DNA of 62,080 nucleotides, counting the filler, from Stramenopiles sp. TOSAG23-6 (lineage: Eukaryota): NCBI GenBank assembly GCA_900128565.1. It is 16 parts of 16 records of this genome, joined end to end, with 100 filler letters (N's around TTAATTAATTAA, not from the genome) between each part and the next. Parts side by side here need not be neighbours in the genome. Positions count along the whole stretch, not along the records: positions 58,314 to 62,080 come from LT637386.1; 15 more parts are not named here. One strand, 5' to 3'. Numbering within the stretch: the stretch's first letter is position 1; each line of letters starts with the position of its first letter. A model generated the notes under the pieces. The model worked only from the letters and a program-made list of their open reading frames with translations, made no database searches and was not told the origin of the DNA. Below are positions 61,978 through 62,080 of the stretch, one piece after another. A program made the translations under genes and the position numbers.

Positions 61978-62080
61978 GTTTGTTTCAATGATAAATTTCA
62001 AATATTGTTTTTTCATACGAAATTCTGTACCTAACGATTTTCTTTTTGAAATATTTTTTCATCATACATGATGCTGTTGA

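Noticed and set aside
1-62080. Autonomous transposase/RT, tRNA, rRNA or snRNA genes
   Set aside because: None recognisable by eye in this window; a covariance-model and HMM search is needed.

Overview
This window is not contiguous DNA. It is 16 AT-rich eukaryotic contigs/scaffolds of about 3.8 kb, sorted by decreasing length and joined by artificial N..TTAATTAATTAA..N linkers. The genes (DRC2, NDUFS8, mitochondrial-type PEPC, TIMELESS, REV3, GCP4, calpain, cathepsin Z, USP) indicate a flagellated protist using the standard code; a heterotrophic stramenopile is my inference only. The dominant signal is one ~80-200 bp repeated element, about 65-70 copies by manual count, that interrupts genes in the sense orientation: (AT)|GTAYGTTTT..T-rich..TTTCGTACGAAATTTYGTACCTAAC..TTGAAATATTTTTCCAAAATACAT|. 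Conserved protein motifs are restored only if it is spliced out, and in most copies this requires non-canonical GT..AT ends. Only about 7 of about 50 complete copies end in AG; AT-AT, AT-AC, GA-AT, GT-AA and GT-GT also occur. It looks like an Introner-type mobile intron family with a palindromic core, target-site-like duplications and a relaxed 3' splice site. Other observations: antisense cores of the element inside exons, many telomeric (CCCTAA)n tracts in coding sequence, an intron-free zone at gene 5' ends, and a PEPC contig with a 55-bp terminal direct repeat. All intron calls are from reading-frame reconstruction by eye; no RNA evidence is available.
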